From: Halieaceae bacterium
GTDB lineage: Bacteria; Pseudomonadota; Gammaproteobacteria; Pseudomonadales; Halieaceae
Assembly: GCA_039989475.1 (NCBI GenBank)
Contig: JBDXHU010000009.1
Coordinates: forward strand, 537,721 to 601,720
Direction: 5' to 3'
Length of the DNA stretch: 64,000 nt
Shown here: positions 9,405 through 17,761 of the stretch, piece by piece
Position numbering within the stretch: the first letter of the stretch is position 1
Layout of the letters: each line of letters starts with the position of its first letter
Made by a program: the position numbers and the translations under genes
The notes under the pieces: model-generated
Databases searched by the model: none
What the model was told of the DNA's origin: nothing
What the model saw: the letters and a program-made list of their open reading frames with translations, nothing else

Positions 9405-9577
9405 AACCAGTAACGAAACATCTGGATAACAATCGCCAGGCCGACCAGTGGCAGAATCCAGCGCGACAGGCGCTGCATTTTTTCTGGCTCCATGGGTTTG
9501 GCAAAACGTTCACCCAGCACCACCATCAAGGCGACACCCGCGAAAATAAACAACAACAGCATGAACAGGGTATTCAT
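9401..9577 (-). CDS. Small two-TM membrane protein, 58 aa (MNTLFMLLLFIFAGVALMVVLGERFAKPMEPEKMQRLSRWILPLVGLAIVIQMFRYWF)
   Basis: Below the 60-aa cutoff of the ORF track; I translated it by hand. Its ATG overlaps the trmH stop (ATGA at 9574-9577) and its TGA overlaps the eamA TTG start (TTGA at 9401-9404). A GAGG Shine-Dalgarno lies about 7 nt upstream. It has two hydrophobic helices. Confidence 0.55.
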   Translation of the reverse strand: MNTLFMLLLFIFAGVALMVVLGERFAKPMEPEKMQRLSRWILPLVGLAIVIQMFRYWF

Positions 9578-10275
9578 GTTTTTTCCTCGTCTCCCGACAG
9601 CTCTCGCACCCTGGCGTACCAGGCTGAGGGATTGTCGATTTCCCCCTCATCGTTCAGCGCCGGATAGTCCAGTCCGCGTTGCTGGCAGTAATCCCTGACC
9701 TGTGGGTGACCCCATTCGAAGAACAGGCGCTGCCAGGTCGCCTGGTCCAGCCGGGAGCTGTCATACAAACCCGCCTGCTGGCGCTGCCGTTGGGCCTCGG
9801 AGAGAATAATGCCCGCCGCGACCGATACGTTGTAGGAACCTACCATACCCAGCATGGGCACGCTGATACATCGATCTGCTTGCGCCAGCGCCACATCATC
9901 AAGCCCTGCTTTCTCGGTACCCAGCAATAGCGCCGTGGGCCTGGTGTAATCAATATCACGAAAGTCCACCGCGTCAGCTGCCGGGTGTGCAGCCAGCAGC
10001 TGCATGGACTGTTTACGCACAGCCGACACAGCATCGGGCAGAGACTCGTAGGGCAGCACCTCAACCCAGCGATGAGAGCCCATGGCGGTACCGCGAAAGG
10101 CGCGATACTCCGCCTCCCCGACCACACAATGCACAGCCATGATGCCCACCGCATCACAGTTGCGCACAATGGCTGAGGTATTGCGCTGCTTGTGCACAAA
10201 ATTGGTAATCACCGTGAGATCGGGCTGGCGCCGGTCCAACACCGCGCGCAATCTCGCGATGCGTTCCGGGGTCAC
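9574..10275 (-). CDS. trmH: tRNA (guanosine-2'-O)-methyltransferase, SpoU/TrmH family
   Basis: 233 aa. The N-terminus RIARLRAVLDRRQPDLTVITNFVHKQRNTSAIVRNCDAVG closely parallels E. coli TrmH as I remember it. A SPOUT C-terminal region (NVSVAAGIIL) is present. Confidence 0.85.
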   Translation of the reverse strand: MTPERIARLRAVLDRRQPDLTVITNFVHKQRNTSAIVRNCDAVGIMAVHCVVGEAEYRAFRGTAMGSHRWVEVLPYESLPDAVSAVRKQSMQLLAAHPAADAVDFRDIDYTRPTALLLGTEKAGLDDVALAQADRCISVPMLGMVGSYNVSVAAGIILSEAQRQRQQAGLYDSSRLDQATWQRLFFEWGHPQVRDYCQQRGLDYPALNDEGEIDNPSAWYARVRELSGDEEKT

Positions 10276-11132
10276 GCGGCGACCTGGGGCTGCCGCTGCA
10301 AAAACTCGACTACCGCCGCGGTGAAAATATCATTGCGATCGCCGGCAACCATGTGCTGTGCCTTCTCCACGTCGACAAACTCCGCATGTGGGATCAAGCT
10401 GAGAAACTCCGCCACCTGTTCTTCAGTTACCACATCTGAGGCACGGCCTCGAATCAACAACACCGGTAACTGGATCTGGGCCGCGGCGTCCACAATGCGC
10501 CCGGCTTGCGGTGGCCCATCACCACGCGGCGCAAAAAAGTTCGGATCCCAGTGCCAGAAGAAACGCCCATCGCGCTCGCGCAGGTTCTTGCGCAGCCCAC
10601 TGACATCATCGCGCCGGGGGCGCCCGGTATAACTGGCAATCGCGTCGGCAGCCTCTTCCAGGGAGCCAAAACCAGACTCGATATGAGACTGCATGAATTC
10701 GAAGATGCGCAGAACGCCCTGCATATTCAAGCTGGGCGTAACATCCACCAACACAATACAGGCGAACATGTCCTGCTGAATCTCACCGGCGCCAAGCATG
10801 GCCGCCATACCGCCCAGGGAGGCACCGACCACCGCCGGCGGCTGCGTAAAACTACGCGCCAGGCAGGCCATATCGAGTGCGAAGTGAGCTGTTTCATAGA
10901 GTCCGTCGTCCGACCATTCACTGTCACCATGACCGCGATGGTCGTAGGCCACGGCATACCAGCCCTGCTCGGCCAGCGCCGCTGCGGTGCCGCCCCAGGA
11001 ATGCCGGGTCTGGCCACCGCCGTGGGAGAGAATAACCGGCGGATTGGCAGGATCACCCCAGGCTTCCGCTACCAGGGTAATACCATCCTCGCCTTCAAAT
11101 TCGAATCGTACCGCTGTCATTAAAGCCTGCAT
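10272..11132 (-). CDS. Alpha/beta-fold hydrolase
   Basis: 286 aa. HGGGQ oxyanion-hole motif and nucleophile elbow GASLGG. There is a 4-nt overlap with the trmH start. Confidence 0.85.
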   Translation of the reverse strand: MQALMTAVRFEFEGEDGITLVAEAWGDPANPPVILSHGGGQTRHSWGGTAAALAEQGWYAVAYDHRGHGDSEWSDDGLYETAHFALDMACLARSFTQPPAVVGASLGGMAAMLGAGEIQQDMFACIVLVDVTPSLNMQGVLRIFEFMQSHIESGFGSLEEAADAIASYTGRPRRDDVSGLRKNLRERDGRFFWHWDPNFFAPRGDGPPQAGRIVDAAAQIQLPVLLIRGRASDVVTEEQVAEFLSLIPHAEFVDVEKAQHMVAGDRNDIFTAAVVEFLQRQPQVAA

Positions 11133-13237
11133 CCTATGCGGTGGCCGTCGTGCATGGCACCGTGAATATAGCCAGGGCCATCACAATCGCCGGTCAGGTG
11201 TGTCTCTATGCCCCGTGCCTGCAGTGCCTCTGCCAGACCGCGGTTTGACTGCGCGCCGCTGGCCAGAATCACGGTGTCGGCTTCTATGTCCACCTCAGCA
11301 TCACCGCTTGCCAGGGTGAGCACTTTAGCAGCGATCGAGTTCAGGCGCGTCTTGTTAATCATCACCACCGCCTGCTCCCGGAGTTCATGCAGGACCCGCC
11401 AGCGCCTGACCACTGACAGCTCGCTACCGAATTTTTCTCCCTCTTCGATTACCGTTACCTGCCGACCCCGCTCGGCCAGGAATTCGGCCAACTCCACCCC
11501 CACCAGGCCACCACCGATAATTGCCACCCGCCTGCCCACCGGCATCCACCAGTAGCTGAAGCGGCGAATCAGGGCGGCGTTGCGAGTAATTCCCAGCAGG
11601 GCACCGCACCACATCAGCAAGCGCTGCAGTGGATTGAGCTTGGCGGCAACGGCTGCAGCACCCTGCCCGGTCATCAGCGCACGCAGTTCATCGCCGCTGA
11701 ATACATTGTCTTGCCCTGCGCCGGGAACAGGCGGTGCGGCGCGCAGGGCACCGCTGGCCAACACAACGGCATCCGGTGAAATCTGCTCAATCAGGGCCTC
11801 GTCCACCTGGGTATTGAGTCGAATGCTGAGCGGCAACTGCTCCAGCTCTGCGACCAGGTAATCAATCAGCCGACCATTGGGCGGGTAAGGGATAGAGGAG
11901 AAAAACACGGTGCCACCGAGACGTCCCTCGCGTTCACACAGGATAACCTCGTGCCCGCGCAGGGCCGCCACCCGGGCCGTCTCCATACCGGCAGGACCGC
12001 CGCCGACCACCAGTACCCGGCGCGGCTGTGCCGCCGGCGTAATGCTGATGTTTTCCTCAAAGCCGGTTTCCGCATTGACCGCGCAGACCACGTGGTCATT
12101 CAGAAAAATCTGCGAAACGCAGGTGTAACAGTAAATACAGGGGCGTACCAGTTCGGGACGGCCCTGCCGCAGCTTGTTCGGTAGTTCCGGATCGGCCAGC
12201 AGTTTGCGCCCCATGGAGACAAAATCGGCATCCCCGGCGGCAAGCACACGCTCGGCAAGCTCCGGCTCTATACGACCCACGGCAATGACCGGTATCGAGA
12301 CCGCCTGCTTAATACCTCTGGCGAAGCCCAGGTAGGCGCCGGGTTCGTGCACCAGTGGCGCCTCAGTAAAACCAATGCCGGAGGCGGGGTTGGCATAGGC
12401 GCTGACGTGAATCGCATCGGCTCCGGCCTGCTCAGCCATTTGCGCTGTCGCCACAGCATCCTCATAGACGATCCCGTTCTCCACCCGGTACTCTTTCGAG
12501 TCGAGGCGACACCAGACCGCGAACGTCTCGCCCACACGGGACTTGACCGCCTGGATAACTTCCACCAGCAGGCGCGCACGATTGGCCAGGCAGCCGCCGT
12601 ATTCATCCTCGCGCTGGTTGACGCTGGGGGAGAGAAACTCCGAGAGTATGTAACCGTGGCCCGCGTGCAATTCGACGCCGTCGAACCCGGCTCGCTGGGC
12701 CCGCTCTGCGGCGTCGGCAAAGCACTGGATCAACCACTCTATATCCGACTTGTCGGCGACCTTATATTCGATGCGGGTACCTTCACTGAAGGATTTAACG
12801 AAGGCGGCCATCTCCTCCCCGGTCAGCGCCGACATCATGTCATCCGGTGTGCTCTGGGGCACAGAGGGCACCAGCATCGGCCGGCCGGCCGCCATATCGC
12901 AAACCGCTACCTTGCCGGCATGCTGCAATTGCACGATGGCGCGACAGCCGTGTTGCTTGACCCGCGTCGCCAGGGCACTCAGGCCGGGCAGAAATTCGTC
13001 GCCCGATATCGCAACCTGGTTGGGATTGCAGGCGCCCTCCGGCCAGGCGATTGCGGCCACGCCGAGGACAAGCGCGCCGGCACCACCGCGGGCGCGGGCT
13101 TCATAATAGGCCTGAATTCGCTCACCACAATGACCATCGGTCTGGGCCATGTTGCTGCCCATGGGCGCCATAAGGATGCGATTGCGCAGCTCAAGGCTGC
13201 CAATACGACCCGGCGACAGGAGTGTTTCAAATCCCAT
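11120..13237 (-). CDS. NADH:flavin oxidoreductase with C-terminal FAD/NAD(P)-binding domain and 4Fe-4S motif (2,4-dienoyl-CoA reductase / BaiCD-like architecture)
   Basis: 705 aa. OYE-type N-terminus (LRNRILMAPMG, HAGHGYILSEFLSP). Cys cluster RPCIYCYTC...C. Rossmann motifs VVGGGPAG and IIGGGLVGVE. Collinear paralog of 43020..45143. Confidence 0.85.
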   Translation of the reverse strand: MGFETLLSPGRIGSLELRNRILMAPMGSNMAQTDGHCGERIQAYYEARARGGAGALVLGVAAIAWPEGACNPNQVAISGDEFLPGLSALATRVKQHGCRAIVQLQHAGKVAVCDMAAGRPMLVPSVPQSTPDDMMSALTGEEMAAFVKSFSEGTRIEYKVADKSDIEWLIQCFADAAERAQRAGFDGVELHAGHGYILSEFLSPSVNQREDEYGGCLANRARLLVEVIQAVKSRVGETFAVWCRLDSKEYRVENGIVYEDAVATAQMAEQAGADAIHVSAYANPASGIGFTEAPLVHEPGAYLGFARGIKQAVSIPVIAVGRIEPELAERVLAAGDADFVSMGRKLLADPELPNKLRQGRPELVRPCIYCYTCVSQIFLNDHVVCAVNAETGFEENISITPAAQPRRVLVVGGGPAGMETARVAALRGHEVILCEREGRLGGTVFFSSIPYPPNGRLIDYLVAELEQLPLSIRLNTQVDEALIEQISPDAVVLASGALRAAPPVPGAGQDNVFSGDELRALMTGQGAAAVAAKLNPLQRLLMWCGALLGITRNAALIRRFSYWWMPVGRRVAIIGGGLVGVELAEFLAERGRQVTVIEEGEKFGSELSVVRRWRVLHELREQAVVMINKTRLNSIAAKVLTLASGDAEVDIEADTVILASGAQSNRGLAEALQARGIETHLTGDCDGPGYIHGAMHDGHRIGCRL

Positions 13238-13238
13238 A

Positions 13239-14984
13239 TCAGGCGGCGTTGGCCGGCGCCTGCGGCGAGGGCTGGCTGCCGCGAATCAGTTTGCCGGGGC
13301 GGGCCTCCGTTGCCACGCCGTCCTGCATAACAATTTCCCCACTGACCAGGGTATAGCGATAACCCTCGGCGGCCTGGAACATACGCCGTCCCCCCGCCGG
13401 TAAATCATAAGTAATTTCAGGTGCCAGCAGCCGCAGCTGTTCAAAATCAATCAGGTTGATATCGGCCTTCATGCCGACTTCCAGGGTACCGCGATCTTCC
13501 AGGCCCACGCAGCGCGCGGTATCCCGGGTATGCATCTTCACAGCCTGTTCCAGCCCGAAGCGCTCACCCCGCTGCCGATCGCGGACAAAGTAAGACAGCC
13601 AATAGGTGGGGATGGAGGCATCGGACAAGACACCGCAGTGCGCTCCGGTGTCAGCCAGGCTAATGACCGAGTTCTCATCGCGCAGCATGGTGACCTGGCG
13701 CTCCAGGTTACCTTTGCCATAACCCATCAGCGGGAAGTAGAGCATGGCCTTGCCGCCGCGCTTGAGTAGCGCATCGTAGGCATATTCCTGGGGAGTGACG
13801 CCCGCGGCCGCAGCCAGGGCGGCAATACTGTGCTCGGGACGCGGCTCATAATCCGGCTCCTCTCCCAGCTCGAACATCAGCTCGAAGTCAGAAACCATCC
13901 GGTCAGCCACCTCAATGCCCATGCTGGGCGTGGGTTCGGCCAGGATCGCCGCCCGTAGCTCGGGGTCTTGCAGGCGAAGTAAACGCTCCTCGGGTGACAG
14001 GGCCATCAATGGGGCAAAATTCTGGTGCAGGAAAAAGGGGTGCACTGTGCCATTGAAATTCATCAACACGTTGACCGGGCGGGCGCCAACATGGGCCACC
14101 AGGTGGGCGCCTTCGGCATTGGCCTGCTTTACGTATTCAAGCTGCGCCTCAACCCGCGGCCATTTGCTCTCGTCCTGATAGAACAGCACGAAGTTGACCT
14201 GGCACTGGTTTTCGATGGACAGGCGTTTCATCCAGTCCATCTCCTCCTCCCAGTTATCCCAATCAGACACCAGGCCGTAAATACCCTTGCCTAGCTCCCC
14301 CAGGGTCTTGCCGATACCGAGTAACTCGTTCTCGTCGGAATAGGTGCCGGGCATGGCAACGCCGTGGCGGGTCATGTGCAGCTGGGTGCGAGAGGTAGTG
14401 AACCCCAGCGCACCGGCCTCAATCCCCGCCTTGACGATCGCCGACATGCTGGCAACATCGTCCGCCGTGGCGGTTTCATTGTTCACGCCGCGCTCACCCA
14501 TGACATAGGTCCGCACCGCGCAGTGTGGCACCTGGGCAGCGATATCAATACAGCGCGGAAAGGCATCCAGCGCATTCAGGTATTCGGGGAAACTCTCCCA
14601 CTGCCAGCTGATACCCTCGGCCAGGGCCGCGCCCGGGATATCCTCGACGTCTTCCATCACCGCGATCATGGCGTCGCGTGCCGCTTCACTGGGCTCGCAG
14701 GGAGCGAAGCCGACACCGCAATTACCCATCACCAGGGTGGTAATGCCGTGATTGAGGGCCGGGCTCAACAGCGGATCCCAGGTCGCCTGGCCATCCATAT
14801 GCGAGTGCGTGTCGACCCAGCCAGGCGTCACCAGCAGCCCGCTGGCGTCAATTTCCCGGCTGCCGGCAGCAGCGACCTCACCCAGGCCCACGATCACGCC
14901 CTGGTCAACGGCGATGTCTCCACGACGGGCCTCGGCACCGGTACCATCAACAATCAAGCCATTGCGAATTACCAGCTCATACAT
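13239..14984 (-). CDS. Amidohydrolase, N-acyl-D-amino-acid deacylase (D-aminoacylase) family
   Basis: 581 aa. N-terminus NGLIVDGTG...GWVDTHSHMDG (metal-binding HxH). The stop lies 1 nt before the next gene start. Confidence 0.8.
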   Translation of the reverse strand: MYELVIRNGLIVDGTGAEARRGDIAVDQGVIVGLGEVAAAGSREIDASGLLVTPGWVDTHSHMDGQATWDPLLSPALNHGITTLVMGNCGVGFAPCEPSEAARDAMIAVMEDVEDIPGAALAEGISWQWESFPEYLNALDAFPRCIDIAAQVPHCAVRTYVMGERGVNNETATADDVASMSAIVKAGIEAGALGFTTSRTQLHMTRHGVAMPGTYSDENELLGIGKTLGELGKGIYGLVSDWDNWEEEMDWMKRLSIENQCQVNFVLFYQDESKWPRVEAQLEYVKQANAEGAHLVAHVGARPVNVLMNFNGTVHPFFLHQNFAPLMALSPEERLLRLQDPELRAAILAEPTPSMGIEVADRMVSDFELMFELGEEPDYEPRPEHSIAALAAAAGVTPQEYAYDALLKRGGKAMLYFPLMGYGKGNLERQVTMLRDENSVISLADTGAHCGVLSDASIPTYWLSYFVRDRQRGERFGLEQAVKMHTRDTARCVGLEDRGTLEVGMKADINLIDFEQLRLLAPEITYDLPAGGRRMFQAAEGYRYTLVSGEIVMQDGVATEARPGKLIRGSQPSPQAPANAA

Positions 14985-15143
14985 GGCTATCTACCCCAGT
15001 CTGCACTATAAAAAGGAAAGGATAACCAGACTAGCGCAGTTGGCCGCACATTTCACAAATAGCCCATTTGGGCTAGGACAGATGCCAGGCAGAGAACATA
15101 TAGTTGAACCTCTCCATACTACAAAAATATCAGGAGTGCCCAC

Positions 15144-17630
15144 ATGAACATGCCCACCACCCGCAAGCCCGCTCACAGCGCAAGCTACAGCCTGACCCCA
15201 CTGGCCGCCGCAATCCTGACGACGTCGACTTTGTTTAGCGTCCCGCTCGCAGCCCAGGAGCGCGAGACCGTGCTTGAAGAGATCGTGGTCACTGCCCAGC
15301 GGCAGCAAACCATGCTGCAGGACACGCCTATCGCGGTCACGGCATTCACCAGTCAGCGCATCGAGGACCTGGGGGTTTTTGATATCAGCGACATCGGCAG
15401 CATGGCGCCCAACACCAATATCCAGAAACAGCCTTCCTCCAACTCCAATATGTCGATATTCGTGCGCGGCGTCGGCAGCGGCGAAACCTCGCTGATGGTA
15501 GACCCCAAGGTCAGCTTCTACATTGATGGCGTCTACATGAGTAAAACCGTTGGCGCCGTGTTTGATATCGTCGACATGGAAAGCATCGAGGTTTTGCGCG
15601 GCCCCCAGGGCACACTGTTTGGCCGCAACAGCGCCGGCGGCGCCATCAACGTCACCACCGTTAAACCACGCGGTGAGTTGGGTGTGCGGCTGGAGGGTTC
15701 GGTCGGCAACGACGGCTACCAACGATTCATGGCAACGGTAGATACACCCAAGATGTTTGACATGCTGTCGGCGAAGATATCCGGCATGACCATGGACTAC
15801 GACGGCTGGGCCGACAACAACTTTCCAGGTCAGGAAGACGACCTGGGCTCCGAAAACAATGACAGCTATCGCATTGCCCTGCGGCTGGAGCCAATGGACA
15901 GCCTGACTATCGATTACAGCTACGACAAGACCGACAACAAGGGCGTACCAACACCGTTCCAGATCACCAAGGTGAAGGATGATATTTATAACGGCTTCAC
16001 CAGTGTGCCCTTCCCCTATGAAGTACTCGGTGGCCAGCTCTACCAGGAGATGGCGGCCCTGGTTGGCGACCCGGATGACCGGCGCGATGACTACAACCTG
16101 GACGCGGTCAGCGACGAGAAGCTGGAGGTGGATGGACATACGGTTCATGTCTCCTGGGAACTGGAACCCTTCACCATCAAGTACATTTTCGCTGACCGGG
16201 ATACGGATTCGACCTATGATCGCAGCGACCTGGACAGTGGCGCCTACAACACGGCCGACCTGCTCTATGGCGGCGGCGCGGTAGTGCCGACACCGGGCTT
16301 CCATGCCGCCATCGACGATGGCTCGATTGATATGACCACCCATGAGGTCCAGTTGTTCGGCGATTTATTCGATAGCCGTTTGTCCTACACCCTTGGCTAC
16401 TACCACTACGAAGAGGACATCCGTCAGGACAACCCGCAAACTTTCGCACTGCCAATCCAGTTCGTGGCACCGCGGGACCCGGCCTTATTGGCCGCCTATA
16501 CCGCCACTGGTTTTTGTAACGATGTACCCGGCCAGGGCCCTGTCTGCATCGGCAGCCAGCGCCTGCCAATCCCCTTCCCTGTCGCCGGTGCAGACCCCAA
16601 CATGAACGGCGCTATCGATTTTGTCTATGGCCAGAACACGGAGTCCTGGGCCGCCTACGCCCACGGTATCTTCAGCATTACCGATGACTGGGACCTGACC
16701 CTGGGTATTCGCTACACCGAAGATGATCGCAACGGCTTCCTGTTCAACGAAAACCTGGGCATGGTCTCGATCGATGACAAGCTCAAAAACGACGACGACT
16801 GGGACAACACCAGCTACCTCGCCACCCTGAGCTATGCGGTCAATGATGACATGAACGTCTATGCCACTTACTCCACCGGCTACAATGCCGGCGGCTTCAA
16901 CGCCAGGGCCGCCACGGAGCCATCCTGGGAGAACCCGGTGGACGAGGAGACCATTGACGCATGGGAGATCGGCATGAAGGCGGAATGGTGGAACAATCGC
17001 CTGCGCACCAATATCGCCGCCTTCTACAACAAATTTGACGACATCCAGATTGCCCAGTTTGAAGCTGGCAGCGGTGGCGCTTCCAGTCGCCTGGTCAACG
17101 CCGGTAAGGCGACCTACCAGGGCATTGAACTGGACATGGTTGCTGTCCTGGCGGATGGCCTGGTCATGGACCTGACCTATGGCTACCTGGATGCCGACTT
17201 TGACGAGTACCTGGCCCGCGATCCGGCTACCGACCAGGAAGTCGACATCTCCAATGTCACAACTGTGGCCAGAACGCCGGAGAATACCGCGAACATAGGC
17301 CTGCAATACGACTTCGCAGCCTTTAGCTTCGGCAGTCTGTCAGCCCGCGTGGATGCCACCTATACCGACGACTTCACCTTCCACCCATTCCAGAACCGCT
17401 TCGACAGCGCCGATGATCGCTGGTTGATCGGGGCACGCCTCAGCCTGAATGATATTTCCCTGGGTAATGCGGGTGATCTGCGCGTTTCAGCCTGGGGCAA
17501 AAACCTCACCGACGAGGAGTATCGCGAGTGGGGCATCGACTTCGATTCACTGGGCTACGCCGGTAATGTCTACGGACAGCCGCGCACTTATGGACTGGAC
17601 CTGGTGTATTATTTTGGAGAGAACCGCTAA
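15144..17630 (+). CDS. TonB-dependent receptor (atypical C-terminus ...LVYYFGENR)
   Basis: 828 aa. Signal peptide. Plug region EEIVVTAQRQQTMLQDTPIAVTAF...IEVLRGPQGTLFGRNSAGGAINV. Beta-barrel pattern throughout. Confidence 0.9.
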   Translation: MNMPTTRKPAHSASYSLTPLAAAILTTSTLFSVPLAAQERETVLEEIVVTAQRQQTMLQDTPIAVTAFTSQRIEDLGVFDISDIGSMAPNTNIQKQPSSNSNMSIFVRGVGSGETSLMVDPKVSFYIDGVYMSKTVGAVFDIVDMESIEVLRGPQGTLFGRNSAGGAINVTTVKPRGELGVRLEGSVGNDGYQRFMATVDTPKMFDMLSAKISGMTMDYDGWADNNFPGQEDDLGSENNDSYRIALRLEPMDSLTIDYSYDKTDNKGVPTPFQITKVKDDIYNGFTSVPFPYEVLGGQLYQEMAALVGDPDDRRDDYNLDAVSDEKLEVDGHTVHVSWELEPFTIKYIFADRDTDSTYDRSDLDSGAYNTADLLYGGGAVVPTPGFHAAIDDGSIDMTTHEVQLFGDLFDSRLSYTLGYYHYEEDIRQDNPQTFALPIQFVAPRDPALLAAYTATGFCNDVPGQGPVCIGSQRLPIPFPVAGADPNMNGAIDFVYGQNTESWAAYAHGIFSITDDWDLTLGIRYTEDDRNGFLFNENLGMVSIDDKLKNDDDWDNTSYLATLSYAVNDDMNVYATYSTGYNAGGFNARAATEPSWENPVDEETIDAWEIGMKAEWWNNRLRTNIAAFYNKFDDIQIAQFEAGSGGASSRLVNAGKATYQGIELDMVAVLADGLVMDLTYGYLDADFDEYLARDPATDQEVDISNVTTVARTPENTANIGLQYDFAAFSFGSLSARVDATYTDDFTFHPFQNRFDSADDRWLIGARLSLNDISLGNAGDLRVSAWGKNLTDEEYREWGIDFDSLGYAGNVYGQPRTYGLDLVYYFGENR

Positions 17631-17757
17631 GGGCTTTTTCGGTGAAAACCGCTAAGGGCTTTTATCCAAGACCCGCTAAAGGCTTTTTCGGTGAAAACCG
17701 CTAAGGGCTTTTTTCCAAGACCCGCTAAGGGCTTCTTCGGGGAAAACCGCTAAGGGC
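17616..17757. repeat. Tandem repeat: six copies of core CCGCTAA(G/A)GGC at a 24-25-nt period (49-nt super-period), filling the whole gap between two convergent genes
   Basis: Cores start at 17624, 17649, 17673, 17698, 17722 and 17747. The first copy contains the last four codons and the stop of the TBDR gene. Confidence 0.9.
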
Positions 17758-17761
17758 GAAA

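Noticed and set aside
15006-16343. 445-aa ORF antisense to the TonB-dependent receptor gene. Similar long antisense ORFs occur at 6545..7393, 12347..13330, 40437..41504, 46810..47661, 49382..50521 and 51220..52044.
   Set aside because: Each lies fully inside a gene whose translation carries clear family motifs. Their own translations are low-complexity (Arg/Ala/Gly/His/Val-rich) with no motifs. Long antisense open frames are expected at this GC content.
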